A stretch of DNA of 64,000 bases, from assembly GCA_977862235.1 (NCBI GenBank), contig OZ374557.1, positions 1,798,001-1,862,000 on the forward strand. The letters are read 5' to 3'. Each line of letters starts with the position of its first letter. Positions within the stretch are counted from its first letter, which is position 1. The notes under the pieces are model-generated. The model did no database searches and had not been told where the DNA came from. It was given only the letters and a program-made list of their open reading frames with translations. Source of the DNA: Dudresnaya verticillata. Lineage: Eukaryota. This document shows positions 51,400 to 63,339 of the stretch, in pieces. Made by a program: the position numbers and the translations under genes.

Positions 51400-52190
51400 T
51401 GCGCACGTTAAAGACGCAATAAAAGTACAACATCACGTTACGACCCCTTCAGGTCCGGACTGCCGGAGATGCGACGCGTACAGAAGGAGAAATTCATTAG
51501 GGCGTTGTGCAGGGCTCCCTGCTTAGCCCCGCCCTCTACAACCTGTTTGTCGACCTGCTCTCCAATCTGCTCTGCGAAAAGCTCTGAAGCTCTGTTTCCC
51601 GTCTGTTTCCCGCCTACTCCCCGTCTCGTTGCAGATGACCACCTGCTCCTCCTCAACTTTGCCCGCGCACCCCTCTACAAAGACAGCACGCTCTACAACG
51701 GTCGCTTCTAGCCGCCTTGCGAAAAACATCCTGCCCACAGGCAACCAGTACAGCCTCATGACATATCAGGTTTATGCTGTCCGCTCTGCACCATGCACCA
51801 TGCCTTCGCTACACTCGGTGCTTCAGCACTGCCCTCAACGCTCTGACATCATCGCAGATGGCACGATGGAATGGTTTACGGCCTTTCCTGCAGCTTGTCC
51901 AGGCCCTGTGTCAGGAATGCCTTGCTTCTCCCCTACCCTGTACGTCCCCAACTAGCGCGACCGACTCCAATATTTCGCTGCATTTATGCACTTGCCCCAC
52001 TCCCCAGCACTGTGCTGCTGAACTAAACAACCTCCGGGCCCAGGCTCGCAACAAGATGAAACGGCACAGTCTTACAACCCCGGACGTTGACGAGATCTCC
52101 CCTACACTGGCTGCTATTGGAGAGCTCTGTGAGGAAGAGTACCTGCCCCCATCACAGATTCTATGTCCCCCTGACCCCACCACGCAATAG
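51400..52190 (+). pseudogene. Degenerate non-LTR (LINE) reverse transcriptase fragment
   Basis: From 51501 GVVQGSLLSPALYNLFVDLL (LINE QGxxLSPxLFN motif), followed by frameshifted VADD at ~51628-51639. Boundaries approximate. Confidence 0.6.
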
Positions 52191-52355
52191 CAATGCATCA
52201 TAGTCCGAATGGCATCCAAAGCCGGTGCACCTGTTAGCGGGCCACAGTTTCCTGCGCAAGATCCCACCTTGAAGAAAATCAAGAGTTAACACTCATGCTC
52301 TCATAGGGAAACCGAAGAGCTACTCCCGCTCCAATGTAAATAAGTGGCAATACTA

Positions 52356-53001
52356 CAGTCATTCCTTGTTATAAGAATGCTTCGATAAAGGAATATCCGC
52401 GGTAAAGGAATAAGTCTTTCATCCACCGACCCGCTTCCGTTGAAATCAGCCAGTATATGAGGTCTTCAAGAATATGTGATATGGGAATACAGAATCCGAA
52501 AGCCATCCGCCGTGGCCCGCAAAACAGCTCACGTATGAGGGCCACATTCCTCGATAGTAAGAATATGACTTCGGGGCCTGATGTTGATGGTGGCATTGCG
52601 TCCTGCAGAGCACCCAGTAAACTTGTGAGGCAGAATTTGCCTTAGTAGATCCTGCGAGAACTATTGAAACACTGAGGAAGGCGCTAATGAGAACAACGCA
52701 TCGCTACAAAACATGTCAATTGGAGAGAAGCTGAATGTATCTCTGTTGCGAAATGGGCTACTTGATGACTCTGAAGGCATCCCCTCATCAGCCGATGTTA
52801 CGTTAGCCGCGTTCAGTAGTCTCTGACGCGCCACAGAAGTCAGAAGATGTCCCAGACGACGATAGAGCAATTCTTGAGCAAGTAAAGCAACTTAGTCGGT
52901 GTTTTGAAAGAGTGTTCCAACACTTCCTCGATATATTCCCCAATGCGATAAAGGAATATGAACCCGTCCACCGTAATTATTCTTATAACAAGGAATGTCT
53001 G
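52356..53001 (+). mobile_element. Tc1/mariner-pogo-like non-autonomous element (MITE or deletion derivative)
   Basis: TIRs CAGTCATTCCTTGTTATAAGAAT...ATTCTTATAACAAGGAATGTCTG flanked by TA on both sides. Internal remnant ...QKMSQTTIEQFLSK* resembles pogo transposase C-termini. Confidence 0.85.
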
Positions 53002-54254
53002 TACAAAAATTGTGACCAGCGAGCTTCTCCTGCCAACCACTAACGCGTTTTGCTCGCCCACAATCGATCGCTCGAGCTGAGCGTTCCTGGGATCTCACGT
53101 CGCGAACCTTAACGAACGTTTGTCAAGGTGTCAAGGTGTCAAAAGTACAGCTGAGTAGAATACGGGCCTGCTGCTCTGCGTCTGCTGGGTTGTGCGGTAC
53201 CGGGAGAAGAATGCGGAATCCCGTTAACGGGGCACAGTGTGATCACGGATGAAGCCTCAATGCGAAAGCGGAGAGAAGGCTCGAATGATATAGTACAGTA
53301 ACGCGAGGTTGTTCTCTCGGCTGCGCTCAAAAGCCAACAATTTCTAAGTCCTTCTTCTTGTAATTCTCTGGGGCTTGGAATGTTACAGTTTCACGCGACG
53401 GTACCCTTCAGCAATGCTGCGGTGCACTTGGCCGGTGCGTTGTTCGGAGTAAATATGCTAAGTCTTTTTCATAAGGAGCCAGTGCCACGTCTCTGCTTCG
53501 AACCTGCGCAAGCGACGCTCTGGTCGCTCTCAACCCCTCCCTCCGGCTTTCTTTTGCCGTCTTCATTTGCTGTTGCCAGCAGTTGTTGGTCGCCTTGTCA
53601 ACTCGTGATGGGCCCTTGTAGTTTGATGCAGGGACGCGACTATTGCGGGGTCCTTCGAGTTGCCCTTCTCGGAAAACAGGCTGCAATCGGGGTTTCAGTG
53701 CAATGCCAGCTTGCCGTTCTTTCATTGATGAAGACTCGATATTTTACTGGGCATGTTTCAATGGGTGATCTGGCTCATCAGTCTTTCGAATAGCACTGTT
53801 TCGTTCGCACTGTCGCGGGCGTGTATTGCAGTTGAAAGGACTGGTATTGAAGGGGCCCTCCAAGGCTTGAAGGGGGCCTCCAATACCAGTCCTTCCAACT
53901 GCAATCCGCGGAAATATATTTCCTATGCAGTCCTGCCTTGCAGGAGGGCCCGCCGCTCTTGCGATAGAGTAACATCTGCCTCGCTTCAGTACTGCCCTCG
54001 GCCCCCAGCGCCTTAGCTAGCACGGGCGTTCGTGGCGACTCGTGTGCACCATCCGGACCGTAGCGCGAACTTACCTTTATCCGCATCCTTGGTTCTGGCA
54101 GAGAATAAGGGCCGCATGGGGGAGAATGAGAAGGCCCACGGCGCAACGTAAGAAATGAACAGGACTCTTGCCTCAGCTGAGAAGGCTCCGAGGGGCCCCT
54201 GTTCCAGAATAGACGTTCTAATTCACGACGAAGACAGCCTGGGTGATGAGCTAC

Positions 54255-54640
54255 TTCCTGGAAGAATAAACACTTCCTCCTTGACTTGTTTGGTGCTGTC
54301 CTGTTTGCTCTGGGTACGTAGTGTTTTAATGCGAAGACCTCTACCTCCTCCCTCCTGGAGAGGAAGATGGGCAGAGCTTTAATAGTACCTGGAACTGCCT
54401 GAGGTGCAGCTCCGGCCCTATTCTATGCTCTTTTTGAACGAGCATGTGTAGTACTAGTCGTAAACGGTATAGCTAGAGATCCTACACTAGTCCTAAATGG
54501 TATCTCTACAGTATCCCTGAAATTGCCCGATCCTCAGAACAAACCTCCCTCGGGACAGGCTTGAAGATGTTACGTCAATAACCGAACATCTCCGAGCTTA
54601 GAGTAAACCAGTAATTCAAAATGCAATTGCTTCAAGCTAG
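54255..54640. repeat. Diverged LTR remnant related to gypsy G LTRs
   Basis: Shares taatgcgaagacctct.cc..ctcc, cctcagaa and aggcttgaagatgttac with 57686-58110. Boundaries approximate. Confidence 0.7.
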
Positions 54641-55305
54641 TGAGGACGAGATGCCACTGGCAATAATTGTCTACACGGCTCCATGCTCGTTAGGGCGAAG
54701 TCCTGGCGAGTATTACGAAGAAGGAATGCCAAGTTCCTTGAAAGCCCAGTGCACGAATCGTACCCACCCTCAGAAACGAGCAATATAGCCACTGCAATGC
54801 TGCTACGGCCTCGGGAGTTCAAGAAGGGAGATTGTGATGTTGATCCCAGTGGCCAATTGCGTACCCACCTGTATGGACAGAGCCTCGGGCCGCAACAATG
54901 TGACTCAGAGTTATGGGTTGCGGTTCACGTCGTTCAGTGCCTCCATCCTTCCCGTAACTATGATAACCCGTTCAAATACAAAACGTGTGGTACGCCTTGG
55001 CCGGAAACCCTGGGTCGAATGCAGACTGGGATAACACGCATGGGACCTTTTCCAGACGGAGGATCTCGTTTCGGTCTACAGTGCCGAACGCAGAAGAGCA
55101 TCAAGGGAGACCGCCTCTGCCATTAGGGCACAACCGTCCACACTGGTGGCCGACGCCAATACACCATCTCCCCTACTGGCCAGTATTTGCGACCCTCCTT
55201 CTCATGTAGCGTGCCAACATGGTGACGCAGAATGCTCCACGGCGAATGTCCCTGCAACACCCTCGCCGCAAAAAGGGGATGAGATTGAAGTCTCTTTGCA
55301 TATTT

Positions 55306-56847
55306 TCACGGTTGGGGCTCCTTGGGTTCGGTTGGAAGCCGTGGTGGTAGGGCCTCCCATGTCGGATCTAGGTATTTTCCTCCGCCTGCGGCTAGAAAAT
55401 TTTCGAAGTATGTAGGAGTGACATACTTTTTGACGATTGCCAATCGCTGACTAAGCACTTTCTCCACCTCACACTTTAGGCTCGCTATTTTCTGCTCACG
55501 ATCGAACCGGTCTGGGGTATTTGGGCTTGTATATTGTAAAGCAGCTTCCTCTGATCGAAGCTGACTCTTTAGGTCCTCCAGTAAGGCACCACTCCTCCGA
55601 AGTGGCCTTCCTGGCCATACCTTTACACCGTGCAGTCGAATAACATCCTTGAACCACGTCGTACAGACAGGGAGGACCTTAGCCGCCTCGTCTCTGTTTA
55701 GAGTGAAAAACGAATAGAAGTCGATTTCGGAGACATGATTGCGCCTTTGGCGGGCAGTCCGACCACGCCATCTGTTTCGGATTTCAAGCACCTTATCTGC
55801 TTGGTCCTGAGTCATTAATAAATCCCCAGTAAGCCTGTGGGACGGTCTTCCAGCTCGAGCCCTGCGTCGTTCACGAACCATATCACATTCTTCTACTACA
55901 ACAACCTTGTTATTTCTCCCATGTAAGGCCGAATGCGTTGAGGGTGTTGAGAAGCTCTCGCCCTTTTCCGCCAACGACGTTGCGTTAGGGCTTAGGTGAA
56001 AAAGGTTAATACCATCGAATGCAATAGACCCCAAGAAAGCCTCAGACTGAACTGGGTGGAGCAGATTGACAATTGTGCATCGAGGAATGTCCTTGCTAAT
56101 CGGACGGAGTGCCTGCCTTGTTTCAGGATTACTGACAAAGACGCAGCATTCCACTCTGGTCCACTGAGCGTAGACTCCTCTTTCTCGCATACTCTCCAGC
56201 ATATCTGAGTTTTCTTTTAACGAGCAGAATAACTGAAATTTATAAAGACGAGCGATTGCAGTGGGCAAATTCTTCACACATATCCTGACTGCTATCTCCT
56301 TGACATGTTTTCCTCCGGGAGCTGTCCTCTTGTAAAGATGCTGACTTGTTTGGGCGCTGTTTTCAGGAGGGGGAGCATCGTCCATTGGATCTTTCTCGTA
56401 GTTTTGAGTTACATTAATAGCCAAGTCGAGATATTCCCAGGCGTTGTTTTCTGATTCATGTCCTAGAGTGAATAGGAAATGAATATCAATCATCTTGTCT
56501 GGCGTGAGATGCGCAGGAGCAGTTGTCAAGTCACGTTGTCCTTCGATTTGAGGCGCCGTTAGTGCACAGGGACTGGGAAAAACACGAATCGTATTACCTC
56601 CACTACTGTCGGAGGGTCTGGCCTCGTCAGCTCCAGTTTCGGGAGGCTCAACATGGAAGTCGCTCCCAATGAAGGACTTTTCTTTAAAGCCATGACCACT
56701 AAAACTGGGTTCGAACGGATTGAGCAAGCCAAGAACGTCTGATGGATTATCCGGACGGCGAAGTGTCAAAAGTTGTGAAGGGCTTTCAATTCCTTGTTGC
56801 CGTCCTGCTGTATCTTTTTCGGGAGATGTATCGCCTTTCGACTGCAT
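55306..56847 (-). CDS. RWP-RK domain transcription factor
   Basis: FFTLNRDEAAKVLPVCTTWFKDVIRLHGVKVWPGRPL matches the RWP-RK pattern F.L...EAAK.L.VC.T..K...R..G...WP.R, followed by a coiled coil. First ATG at 56847. Confidence 0.82.
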   Translation of the reverse strand: MQSKGDTSPEKDTAGRQQGIESPSQLLTLRRPDNPSDVLGLLNPFEPSFSGHGFKEKSFIGSDFHVEPPETGADEARPSDSSGGNTIRVFPSPCALTAPQIEGQRDLTTAPAHLTPDKMIDIHFLFTLGHESENNAWEYLDLAINVTQNYEKDPMDDAPPPENSAQTSQHLYKRTAPGGKHVKEIAVRICVKNLPTAIARLYKFQLFCSLKENSDMLESMRERGVYAQWTRVECCVFVSNPETRQALRPISKDIPRCTIVNLLHPVQSEAFLGSIAFDGINLFHLSPNATSLAEKGESFSTPSTHSALHGRNNKVVVVEECDMVRERRRARAGRPSHRLTGDLLMTQDQADKVLEIRNRWRGRTARQRRNHVSEIDFYSFFTLNRDEAAKVLPVCTTWFKDVIRLHGVKVWPGRPLRRSGALLEDLKSQLRSEEAALQYTSPNTPDRFDREQKIASLKCEVEKVLSQRLAIVKKYVTPTYFENFLAAGGGKYLDPTWEALPPRLPTEPKEPQP

Positions 56848-57339
56848 TTGTCTTTGAAAGGAGCTCAGCGTAGGTACCAAGTTGACCAAGACTAACGCTG
56901 AAATAATGTCTTCTTCTGTGCCTTTCTAGATGACGATGACTTCATAGACTATGAGCAAAACAAAGAGGTTAAGTCCAAACTGCGTAATGTGAAGTGTGTG
57001 CACCTACAAAATGCTACCGTACATGCCTATTTGATGTGCTCAGTTTTCAAAGTGCTCTGGCATGCTCGCGAGAACCATGACCAGTCATCAAAAGAAAGTT
57101 TGTATAGATTTTCTATAGATTTTCTATCGAAATTGCCTCCTGCTGGATTTGTATTCCGTCCGAAGTCCAATGCTTGATCAATCCTTGCTCTTACATGTCA
57201 CTGCGTACGTTGAAATTAGTCCCGAACCGAACACTGCAGAATTGCCGCAGAGTGTGCATAGCCGCTACAGTGGTACGGTCAGCAGCGGTATATGGCCACA
57301 GGTTTGGGCTCCGCGCCATGGCACCCCACATTATAACCA

Positions 57340-57460
57340 ATAGGGGACGGGAGGGAAGGGGAGAGAGAGGGAGGTGTATGATTAAGGAGTGGGAGGGCTG
57401 CATAGGAATAAAGGAAATAGAAAGTTCACGTGAGAAAGGCTTTTTGAGTAAGTGCAGTGC
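57340..57460. repeat. Dispersed ~140-bp repeat, copy 3
   Basis: Homologous to 50850-50970 in the same orientation. Confidence 0.85.
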
Positions 57461-57619
57461 CCGCTTCGCGCCGTCGGCCTACACGAGCCTAGAACGCAAC
57501 CGTCAGTTGGACCTGGCGGCCTATGCGAGCCCAAAAGGCCACCGCCGGGAGTACCGGTAACGGCGTCGGGACAGCGCAGCAACAAGTAGCAACCAGCCTG
57601 GAACGCGGGCAATGTAGTA

Positions 57620-57685
57620 CAGTCATTCCTTGTTATAAGAATAATCATGGTGGACGGGTTCATATTCCTTTATCGCATTGGGGAA
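57620..57685 (-). mobile_element. Terminal fragment of a second copy of the pogo-like element, abutting the gypsy G LTR
   Basis: TA|CAGTCATTCCTTGTTATAAGAATAAT... is the reverse complement of ~52933-53001. Confidence 0.85.
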
Positions 57686-58202
57686 TATAAGCACCGCCTT
57701 CGTAGTCTTGATGATGATTTTGCGCTCTGTGTGTTGTTTGTGATAATGCGAAGACCTCTGCCTTCCTCCCCTCTTTCCGAGCGAGAGCAAAGCTTTATAT
57801 TCCCCAGAGCTGCCTCCTATGCAACTCTGGGTTCCCGCCGCGCTCGTCCTAAACGAGCCCGAGTCGGTAGATAGCTCTTAACGTTATTCTACTTCTATGC
57901 AGTAGCCGTGAACGTTATTCTAGCTATCTGTGCTATCCGTAAACGTTATTGTAATCACTCCTTCACAGTATCTGTGAACAGTCTGCCTCAGAAACAATAT
58001 CCGTAGGCATAGGCTTGAAGATGTTACATCTAAAACGGAATATCTCCCGGTGCTTGAAGTAGGCCCAAACCTCCCGGTGCTTGAAGTAAGGTGAAACATT
58101 CCAAATTACAAGCAATAGATCGGCCACCGCCAACGGGAGCAATCATCCTTCAACAACTCTCTACACTGCTTCATGCTAGCAGAGGCGCAGCGTTTGTTAG
58201 CA

Positions 58203-61200
58203 TTACGAAGAAGAGATCCCAAGTATCTGAATTGCCTTCCTAGCAATCTTTTTCTTCTTTGTGGAATGAAGAAAGTCTTTGACGCGCTGCGGAACATCTT
58301 GATAAATCTTTTCTAAAGACTGCCATGTCCAATCTATAGAATCTGGCTGTCCAAGCCATTGGACTTGGATAAAGATCCCGTCTTTCGCCTCGCCAATATC
58401 CAGTAGTTTTTTGACCATCTCGTAGTGACTTTCAATATGTTCGGCCTGCTGCATAAGCCTTTCAGAGACTTTGGATCCATCCATACTTGCCTTGTACAGT
58501 AAAAGCCTCGCTGCGTGAACAATTCCCTCCTTGTTATCCACCAATCCACTGATCTCGTACACAGTCTCGCCGATGACTCTCGAAACCCTGCATGGCCCTA
58601 TCAACCTGAACTGTAACTTTTGTCCTTTGTCTTGGGCACGTCGCACGACGACAAAGTCTCCTAACGAAAACTGTGGTACCACCAGGTTGGTTTTCTTGTT
58701 GTGACTAGCAATTTGTCGCTGTCTGTTCTTCGAAACACATTCGGCAACATCTTTGTGCATATCATCTAATGCCCTTTGCATATCGTTGATGTTAAGGAGC
58801 TGATGTACTCTTGCCTGTGTGAGATTGATAGGAATAGATTTCTTCAGTCTTTCGAAAGGGAAGAATGTTCGGTTGGGGCGAATTCCAGTCATGACTTCCC
58901 AAGGAGTTCTGAAAGTTCCATCTGCACGTTTCCCTAGACGCTTTCTCGGAGCCTCGTTGAGGGCTGACATGAAAATGCCTATAACCAGAGGCCAATCCTG
59001 CGGTCCCAGCTTAAGTTCGGACAGGAGAGCAGTAGTCGCGGCTCTTATATGTCGCATGCATATCTCCACGGTACCATTAATCCATGGTGAATACGCGACG
59101 GTAAAATTGTGCGTGACCTTGTGTGCATCAGCCAACATTCCCATCACCTTATTCTTAAAATGCGAGCCCTGGTCGGAGACCCAGAAGTGCATGCTGGTGA
59201 AAACTCGTATCCATCGAGAAATCTCCTTCGCTGCTGTCTCAGCATCAGCATATTCACAAGGACAAATCCACAGGTAGGTTGAGAGATCATCCCTGATAAT
59301 GAGACAGTACTTTAGACCACCAGTCCCTGTTCCCATAAAAATAGAATCAAAGTGCACAACCTCGTTAGGCTTAGTGCCATGAAGTGTGGATGATAAAGGA
59401 CGGGGGATTCTGTTGCCAGCTTTGGAAATAAGGCAGTGAAAACAATCAGAAACGAACTCGCCTACATCTGCAGCCATGCCGTCCCAGGAATACTTTTCCT
59501 TCAGTGTGCGCTCTGTAGCTTCAGCGCCTCTATGACCGGCCGCACCACAATGTGCGACTACCAGAAGCTTGAGCTGGAGGTCCACATCTTTCGAAGGAAT
59601 CCAAAGCTTCCCCTTTTCCATTAGTAGACCATCTTCACCTTGCTGCAAATTCTTGGGGGCACTGTCAACTGCCGCCTGCTGGGACTTCCTAACCATCTCA
59701 CTATTGACCCAGACAAATTCTGGTTCATACGGAGACTGTACTAGGTCTCGTCCAGCCAAAGTGCTAGTAACACGACGAGCGAGACTGCGCTTCCCACGGT
59801 AGCCGGCGAACCATCTGGTCATCATGTCCGCAGTAATATTCCGTGTACCTTCAATATGCTCGATTGTATACATAAAGCGAGATAGATAGAGTGCCAATCG
59901 CTGCACCTTATTAATTATATGTCTCCCCAGCGTGGGTCTGACCGCAATCGGATTGTATACAAACAATAAGTTCCGATGGTCCGTGAACAAATGGATGTTC
60001 TCTTCACACAGAAACATGAAGTCCATTTTTTCAAAGGCCTGAAACACCGCATATGCCTCTCGCTCAAATGTAGACCAGTGTTGCTGTGTCTCATTAAATG
60101 CAGAACCCAGGAAAGCCAGTGGTTGGTGCATTTGATCCTCAATGAGTTTCTCTAGACTGCTTGGCTCACACTGGGTTACCAATGCAGCCCAATGTTCATC
60201 TGAGGCATCCGTATACACTCAGAGAACTTTTAACTGATCCCTATGAGCGAGCTTGACGGCCTGTCGGAGTTGTTCTTGTAGCTCACAAAAGGCGTCAGCA
60301 TGTACACGACCCCAAGACAACTTCGAGAGGTGAATACTGTAGATCCCTACTGAAGTAGGATCTTAAGTAGGGAGCATCACAGCACTACACCAAGCAAAGC
60401 CACACTGAAGCGGCAATAGCTTAGTGGTTTCTTTTTGCTTGGTCCGCCATGGAGGTCGTGGGATCGAGTCCCGCGGGTGTGTGCACGTGCGAAGCTGGAG
60501 AGTAGTCTACAATGATCATTGTAGACGAGGGGCAAGGGAGAAAAGAAAAAAGAAGAGAAGGTAATGTAGATACCTACTGAAGTAGGATCTTAAGTAGGGA
60601 GCATCACAGCACTACACCAAGCAAAGCCACACTGAAGCGGCAATAGCTTAGTGGTTTCTTTTTGCTTGGTCCGCCATGGAGGTCGTGGAATCGAGTCCCG
60701 CGGGTGTGTGCACGTGCGAAGCTGGAGAGTAGTCTACAATACCTTGAATGGAGCGTGAAGTCCTCTTCCCAGACTTCGAATAAGCTTTCTCCAGTACTGC
60801 TCTTAGTGCAGCTACACGTGTGGAAAAATCGGGGATATACTGCGACATCCATTGTAAACAGTTAACAAACTGCGAAAGTTCTGCTCCATTCTCTGGCGGT
60901 GACGCATCCTTAAGTCCACTAAGCCGTCTGGGGTCGCATGCGACTCCATTCTTGTCAATAATGTAACCACACCAGTGGAGTTTTGGACTATAAAGTCGCG
61001 TCTTCTTGGCGGAGATCTTAAGGTTCTTATCTCTGCATATCGTAAAAAAATTATCTAAGTGCGTGAGAAGTTCCTCTCCACTCGTAGCGTGCACGCCGAA
61101 GTCATCCAACTAGGCCTTAACAGCACCACCAAGAGGTTGAAAACACGGTTCCACACGGGATTGAAAATTCTGAACAGCATTAATTCCGCCCTGCAGAGTT

Positions 61201-63293
61201 CGCGTAGGCTGGTAGACACCGGACGGAGTCACAAAACTGTGTAGGTGCTGGCTGTCAGGGTGTAATGGCATTTGCCAATATCCTGCGCAGAAGTCAATAC
61301 TGGCGAAACAGCTACTTCCGGCAAAGTCCAATAGTTCAGACTGCAGGTGGGGCATGGGCCATGACATTGGCTTAGTACATTGATTAACCCGACGGAGGTC
61401 AAAGGTAAGCCTATAAGATACAGTGCCAGGCTTAGGAACGAGTAAAGGCGCCGAAGTCCATTCCGCATTTGGATTAGGTATAGCCATGTCGTACTCAACC
61501 AGCTTGTCGACAAACCGCTTCATGTAGTCGCGTTGGTCTATAGAGTAACGCCGAGCCTTAGTAATGAAAGGCACAGAACCAGGCTTAATGCAAATGCGCA
61601 TAGCTTCCACCCTTGCAGGTGGGCCAGGACCAAGCCTTACCCGAAAAACATCCCGATAGTCCTTCAATAGCGAGTTCAAACGGCCTCTGCCAGCAGGACT
61701 CAATCCCCGACTCGAAGCATCATCAATCATCTCCTTTAATGCAGTATCAAGCTCCTCAGTAGTGTCTTCACCCAACTCAGTACGTTGGGAAGACAGTTCT
61801 TTCACATCACCCCTGGGTTCACCTTGGTCCGAATGGAAGAGACCTGATGTGAGAATACGGGCAATAGAACCCTTGCTGTATTCATCCCCCATTACAGAGT
61901 CCGCATCCACTTCACCTTGGTACCTATTGCAGGCAGCTGCTAGAATTTCCTTGGTGTCCAATCCAAGTGCCTCCTGAATCGGACGTCCCAGCAGAGCTTC
62001 ATCGACCGCATCTGTAACAACAAGCGACTTTAGATTGCGACTTAACAGAGCCTTTCCGTGACGAATACGAAGCTCAATGTTGAGAGTCACCTCTCTATCG
62101 CAGGACACATGCATGTCCGAAGCAGCGAGCCCAAACTTACGGGGGTGGTCAAACACTTTGACTCCCATACTTGCTCTCTGGTGCAATAGCTCTGAGAAGA
62201 CCTTCTGCGGCATTAGATTAATATCTGAACCACCGTCAGCGCATAACCTAGCCGAGACTTTTCCAGCGAAAACGACGCCCATGAGAGTAGAGTTTTCACC
62301 ATCCGAATGATTATTACTGTCACCTGGTGCACGCTTAGCGAAACGCTTCGCCTTTTTCTTCCCACGCTCTTCAAAGAATGATTGTAAAAGTTTTTCGGCC
62401 TCATCTGAGCTGGTATCGGGGCATCTTCGAACACCTTCACGATGCTTGATTCCTTTTTTCTTACATTCAGGGTTTAAGCAAGGAAGTTCGCGGAGCTTCT
62501 CAGACCCCTTTTCGTTCTTGGAGCTTCCGACAGAATCTTTGTCAGAACGATGCTTACCTTTGCGAGAACCTTGTCCATTGCTGCCGCTTCCCTTCTTGGT
62601 TTGTTTCTCTTCCTTCTCATAGCGACTGCGTGTGATCTTGACGTTGTCCTGAATGGCAGCCTCTTTAACCAAGAGAGAAACATATTCATTCACTTTCTTC
62701 TTTAGGCCGGCCTGGAACTCTATATGTTCACTCATTGCAGCCTTCAGGTGAGCTGGATAGAGGTGCTCCTGTATGAGCTTAATTTTCTTCTCCGGATTGC
62801 GCTCTTTAAAAGAGGAGTACCCAACTCCGTTCAACCTTTCGAAGACGTCATGGACATATTCCAGTATGCGCGCCTCTGGGTCTGAAATTTCCATAGGTAC
62901 TTTGATACCTCGCAGTGCCTCCTGAATTACTGTAGGGTTTACCTCTTTAGAGTTTGCTTTCCCAACAGTATTCCTAACCCACTCCTCAATCTGGTCAGAG
63001 TTGATTTCATCAAAAGGAGTAGCGTTAGCAGCGGGGCTCATACGACCCAGGCTGTGCATCGTCTTCAACAGACTACGGTCTACCGAAACCTTAAAAGATG
63101 CTACACTCATTCCTGGTACTTCTTTGCTCTTCTCTTCTACCTCGTCCACATACCGCTCTCTTTCTCGTAGAAACGCGGAAACTTTCAGTGGGTCCACACT
63201 GCGTAGGACCGGGTGGTGGACAGGAGCGAATAATGCGCTAGAAGCGCCGAAGTCCGACTTGTCGGTCTCGGCAGAGCGTGTAGTCGGCGGCAT
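58203..63293 (-). pseudogene. Gypsy G single-frame gag-pol with nonsense stops and a TRIM insertion
   Basis: PR CADGGSD; RT IDFCAGYWQ and A*LDD (TAG at 61110-61112 where F has W); RH YTDAS; IN H-C...CFHC and SDQGSHF; chromo-like IQVQWLG...WTWQ. Further stop at ~60220. Confidence 0.93.
60338..60738 (+). mobile_element. TRIM (terminal-repeat retrotransposon in miniature), 401 bp
   Basis: Two 174-bp LTRs (60338-60511 and 60565-60738; TGTAGA...TCTACA; 2 differences seen). The 53-bp internal part has a long PPT. 4-bp TSD ATAC; removal restores the G pol frame (SIQGIHLSKLSWG). Confidence 0.93.
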
Positions 63294-63339
63294 TCTGAAA
63301 CTTGTACAGCACAGAATTTCTGAGAGGTAGTAAAGCTTT

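Noticed and set aside
53005..55300. Possible further LINE remnants (also 6250-6760)
   Set aside because: The composition is suggestive, but no diagnostic RT or endonuclease motif could be read.
60338..60738. Simple tandem duplication or assembly artefact
   Set aside because: TG...CA termini, a PPT, a TSD and restoration of the host reading frame on removal show it is a true insertion.
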